DNA of 32,000 nt. It comes from Pseudomonas aeruginosa. GTDB taxonomy: Bacteria; Pseudomonadota; Gammaproteobacteria; Pseudomonadales; Pseudomonadaceae. Position 1 is the first letter of the stretch. Each line of letters begins with the position of its first letter. Below are positions 29,502 to 32,000 of the stretch, piece by piece. Below the pieces are notes generated by a model. The model saw only the letters and a list, made by a program, of their open reading frames with translations. It made no database searches and was not told the DNA's origin. The stretch spans positions 570,001 to 602,000 of the forward strand of contig NZ_LN831024.1 in the NCBI RefSeq assembly GCF_001457615.1. The letters are read 5' to 3'. The position numbers and the translations under genes were made by a program.

Positions 29502-29715
29502 CTGGCGCTCCTGGCGGTCGGTGGATGCGGGCGAGCCTTGCACAACGGAACGCGGTCGCGCCAGCCAGGTGTCGCATGAATCGTTTCAGCGCCTGCACGC
29601 GAGCCGTTGCCGCGGCGCACGCCGCGCCGCGCGGGTCGCGGACGGTTCCCAGGCGGGCCCATCCCCCGCATAATTGGCGCCTTTCACTGGCCCCTTGCCG
29701 GAGCTATCCCTGCCG

Positions 29716-30777
29716 ATGTCCACCCCGCCTTTTCGCGTCGCGCTCAATGGCTATGGCCGTATCGGCCGCTGCGTCCTGCGCGCGCTGCACGAGCGCCCGG
29801 AGCAACTGGGCTTCGAGATCGTCGCGCTGAACGACCTGGCCGACCAGGCCAGCGTCGAGTACCTGACCCGCTTCGACTCCACCCATGGCCGCTTTCCCGG
29901 CGAAGTGAAGGTCGACGGCGACTGCCTGCACATCAACGGCGATTGCGTGAAGGTGCTGCGCAGCCCGACTCCGGAGGCCATCGACTGGCAGGCGCTGCGG
30001 GTCGACCTGGTGCTGGAGTGCTCCGGCCAGTACACCAATCGCGCCCAGGCCGAGCGTTTCCTCCGCGCCGGCGCGCCGCGGGTGCTGTTCTCGCAGCCGA
30101 TGGCGAGCGAGGCGGACATCGACGCCACCATCGTCTATGGGGTCAACCAGCAGGACCTCAGCGGCCGCGAAACGCTGGTCTCCAACGCCTCCTGCACGAC
30201 CAATTGCGGGGTGCCGCTGCTCAAGCTGCTGAACGAGGCGATCGGCCTGGAATACGTGTCGATCACCACCATCCACTCGGCGATGAACGACCAGCCGGTG
30301 ATCGACGCCTACCACCATGAGGACCTGCGCCGTACCCGTTCGGCGTTCCAGTCGGTGATCCCGGTGTCCACCGGTCTGGCGCGCGGCATCGAACGCCTGT
30401 TGCCGGAACTTGCCGGGCGCATCCAGGCCAAAGCCATACGCGTGCCCACGGTGAACGTCTCGGCGCTGGACATCACCCTGCAGACTTCCCGCGACACCTC
30501 CGCCGCCGAGATCAACCGGGTGCTTCGCGAGGCCGCCGAAAGCGGCCCGCTGCGCGGACTGCTGGCTTATACCGAGCTGCCGCACGCCAGTTGCGATTTC
30601 AACCACGACCCCCATTCGGCCATCGTCGATGGCAGCCAGACCCGCGTTTCCGGGCCTCGCCTGGTCAACCTGCTGGCCTGGTTCGACAACGAATGGGGAT
30701 TCGCCAACCGTATGCTCGACGTCGCCGGACACTACCTGCGCGCCGCCGTGCCTGATCAACAAGTACCCAAGGACTGA
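29716..30777 (+). CDS. epd: Erythrose-4-phosphate dehydrogenase (GAPDH family)
   Basis: 353 aa from ATG at 29716: [93 protein letters not shown]. Confidence 0.95.
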
Positions 30778-30782
30778 TTGTC

Positions 30783-31946
30783 ATGACCGTGTTGAAGATG
30801 ACTGACCTCGACCTCAAAGGTAAGCGCGTGCTGATCCGCGAGGACCTCAACGTGCCCGTGAAGGACGGCCAGGTGCAGAGCGATGCACGGATCAAGGCCG
30901 CCCTGCCGACCCTCAAGCTGGCCCTGGAGAAGGGCGCGGCGGTGATGGTCTGCTCGCACCTGGGCCGACCGACCGAGGGCGAGTTCTCCGCCGAGAACAG
31001 CCTGAAGCCGGTGGCCGAGTACCTGTCCAAGGCCCTGGGCCGCGAAGTGCCGCTGCTGGCCGACTACCTCGACGGCGTCGAGGTCAAGGCGGGCGACCTG
31101 GTGCTGTTCGAGAACGTGCGCTTCAACAAGGGCGAGAAGAAGAACGCTGACGAGCTGGCGCAGAAGTACGCTGCGCTGTGCGACGTGTTCGTGATGGATG
31201 CCTTCGGTACCGCCCACCGCGCCGAGGGGTCGACCCACGGCGTGGCCAGGTTCGCCAAGGTCGCCGCCGCCGGCCCGCTGCTGGCCGCCGAACTGGACGC
31301 GCTGGGCAAGGCGCTGGGCAACCCGGCGCGGCCGATGGCGGCGATCGTCGCCGGCTCCAAGGTTTCCACCAAGCTCGACGTGCTGAACAGCCTGGCCGGC
31401 ATCTGCGACCAACTGATCGTCGGCGGCGGCATCGCCAACACCTTCCTCGCCGCGGCCGGACACAAGGTCGGCAAGTCACTGTACGAGGCCGACCTGGTCG
31501 AGACCGCCAAGGCCATCGCCGCCAAGGTCAAGGTGCCGCTGCCGGTGGACGTGGTGGTGGCCAAGGAATTCGCCGAGAGCGCCGTGGCGACCGTCAAGGC
31601 CATCGCCGAGGTCGCCGATGACGACATGATCCTCGACATCGGCCCGCAGACCGCCGCGCAGTTCGCCGAGCTGCTGAAGACCTCGAAGACCATCCTGTGG
31701 AACGGTCCGGTCGGGGTGTTCGAGTTCGACCAGTTCGGCGAGGGCACCCGTACCCTGGCCAATGCCATCGCCGATAGCGCGGCGTTCTCCATCGCCGGCG
31801 GCGGCGATACCCTGGCGGCGATCGACAAGTACGGCATCGCCGAGCGGATCTCCTATATTTCCACCGGTGGCGGCGCGTTCCTTGAGTTCGTCGAGGGCAA
31901 GGTCCTGCCGGCCGTGGAAATCCTGGAGCAGCGCGCCAAGGGCTGA
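30783..31946 (+). CDS. pgk: Phosphoglycerate kinase
   Basis: 387 aa: [104 protein letters not shown]. Confidence 0.98.
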
Positions 31947-32000
31947 CGCAGACGGGGCAAACCATTCGCCGTCCTCGGGGGTCACACCTTTGAGGACGAC

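Noticed and set aside
31971-31998. CGTCCTC...GAGGACG inverted repeat after pgk
   Set aside because: A 7-bp stem with a 14-nt loop at the window edge. The following sequence is not visible, so it cannot be called a terminator.

Overview
This window reads as ordinary core chromosome of Pseudomonas aeruginosa or a very close relative. The assignment rests on gene content, gene order, high GC and the rsmY locus, and was not checked by database search. Left to right: the denitrification block (3' end of nirQ, nirO and nirP-like genes, norC, norB, norD, a dnrP-like small zinc-ribbon protein, the NO-responsive regulator dnr); the regulatory sRNA rsmY with its GacA upstream palindrome; a LysR regulator; a tightly packed cluster of MOSC protein, small protein, class III aminotransferase and GATase1; a DUF1652-like protein; a PAS-LuxR regulator; a polyamine-type FAD oxidoreductase (pauB1-like) with an XRE-cupin regulator; TPM and LemA proteins; dsbB; an EamA-type transporter; a MAPEG protein; a cytochrome c'-like lipoprotein; a DUF1090 protein; an esterase; a metallophosphoesterase; a ferredoxin-reductase-type membrane oxidoreductase; metK with an ArsR-methyltransferase fusion regulator; tkt; a hypothetical protein; hyi; epd; and pgk. 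I saw no CRISPR array, prophage, transposon, tRNA or rRNA, and no convincing unknown defence-type system. The best items for a second look are non-coding: an 18-bp AT-rich palindrome ahead of the ArsR-MTase/metK operon, a 22-bp perfect palindrome directly upstream of the pauB1-like gene, a 16-bp-arm hairpin after the PAS-LuxR gene, a 9-bp-arm palindrome upstream of that gene, a terminator-like hairpin in the tkt leader, a PmrA-like hexamer repeat, and a paired intergenic repeat around 19.1-19.3 kb.
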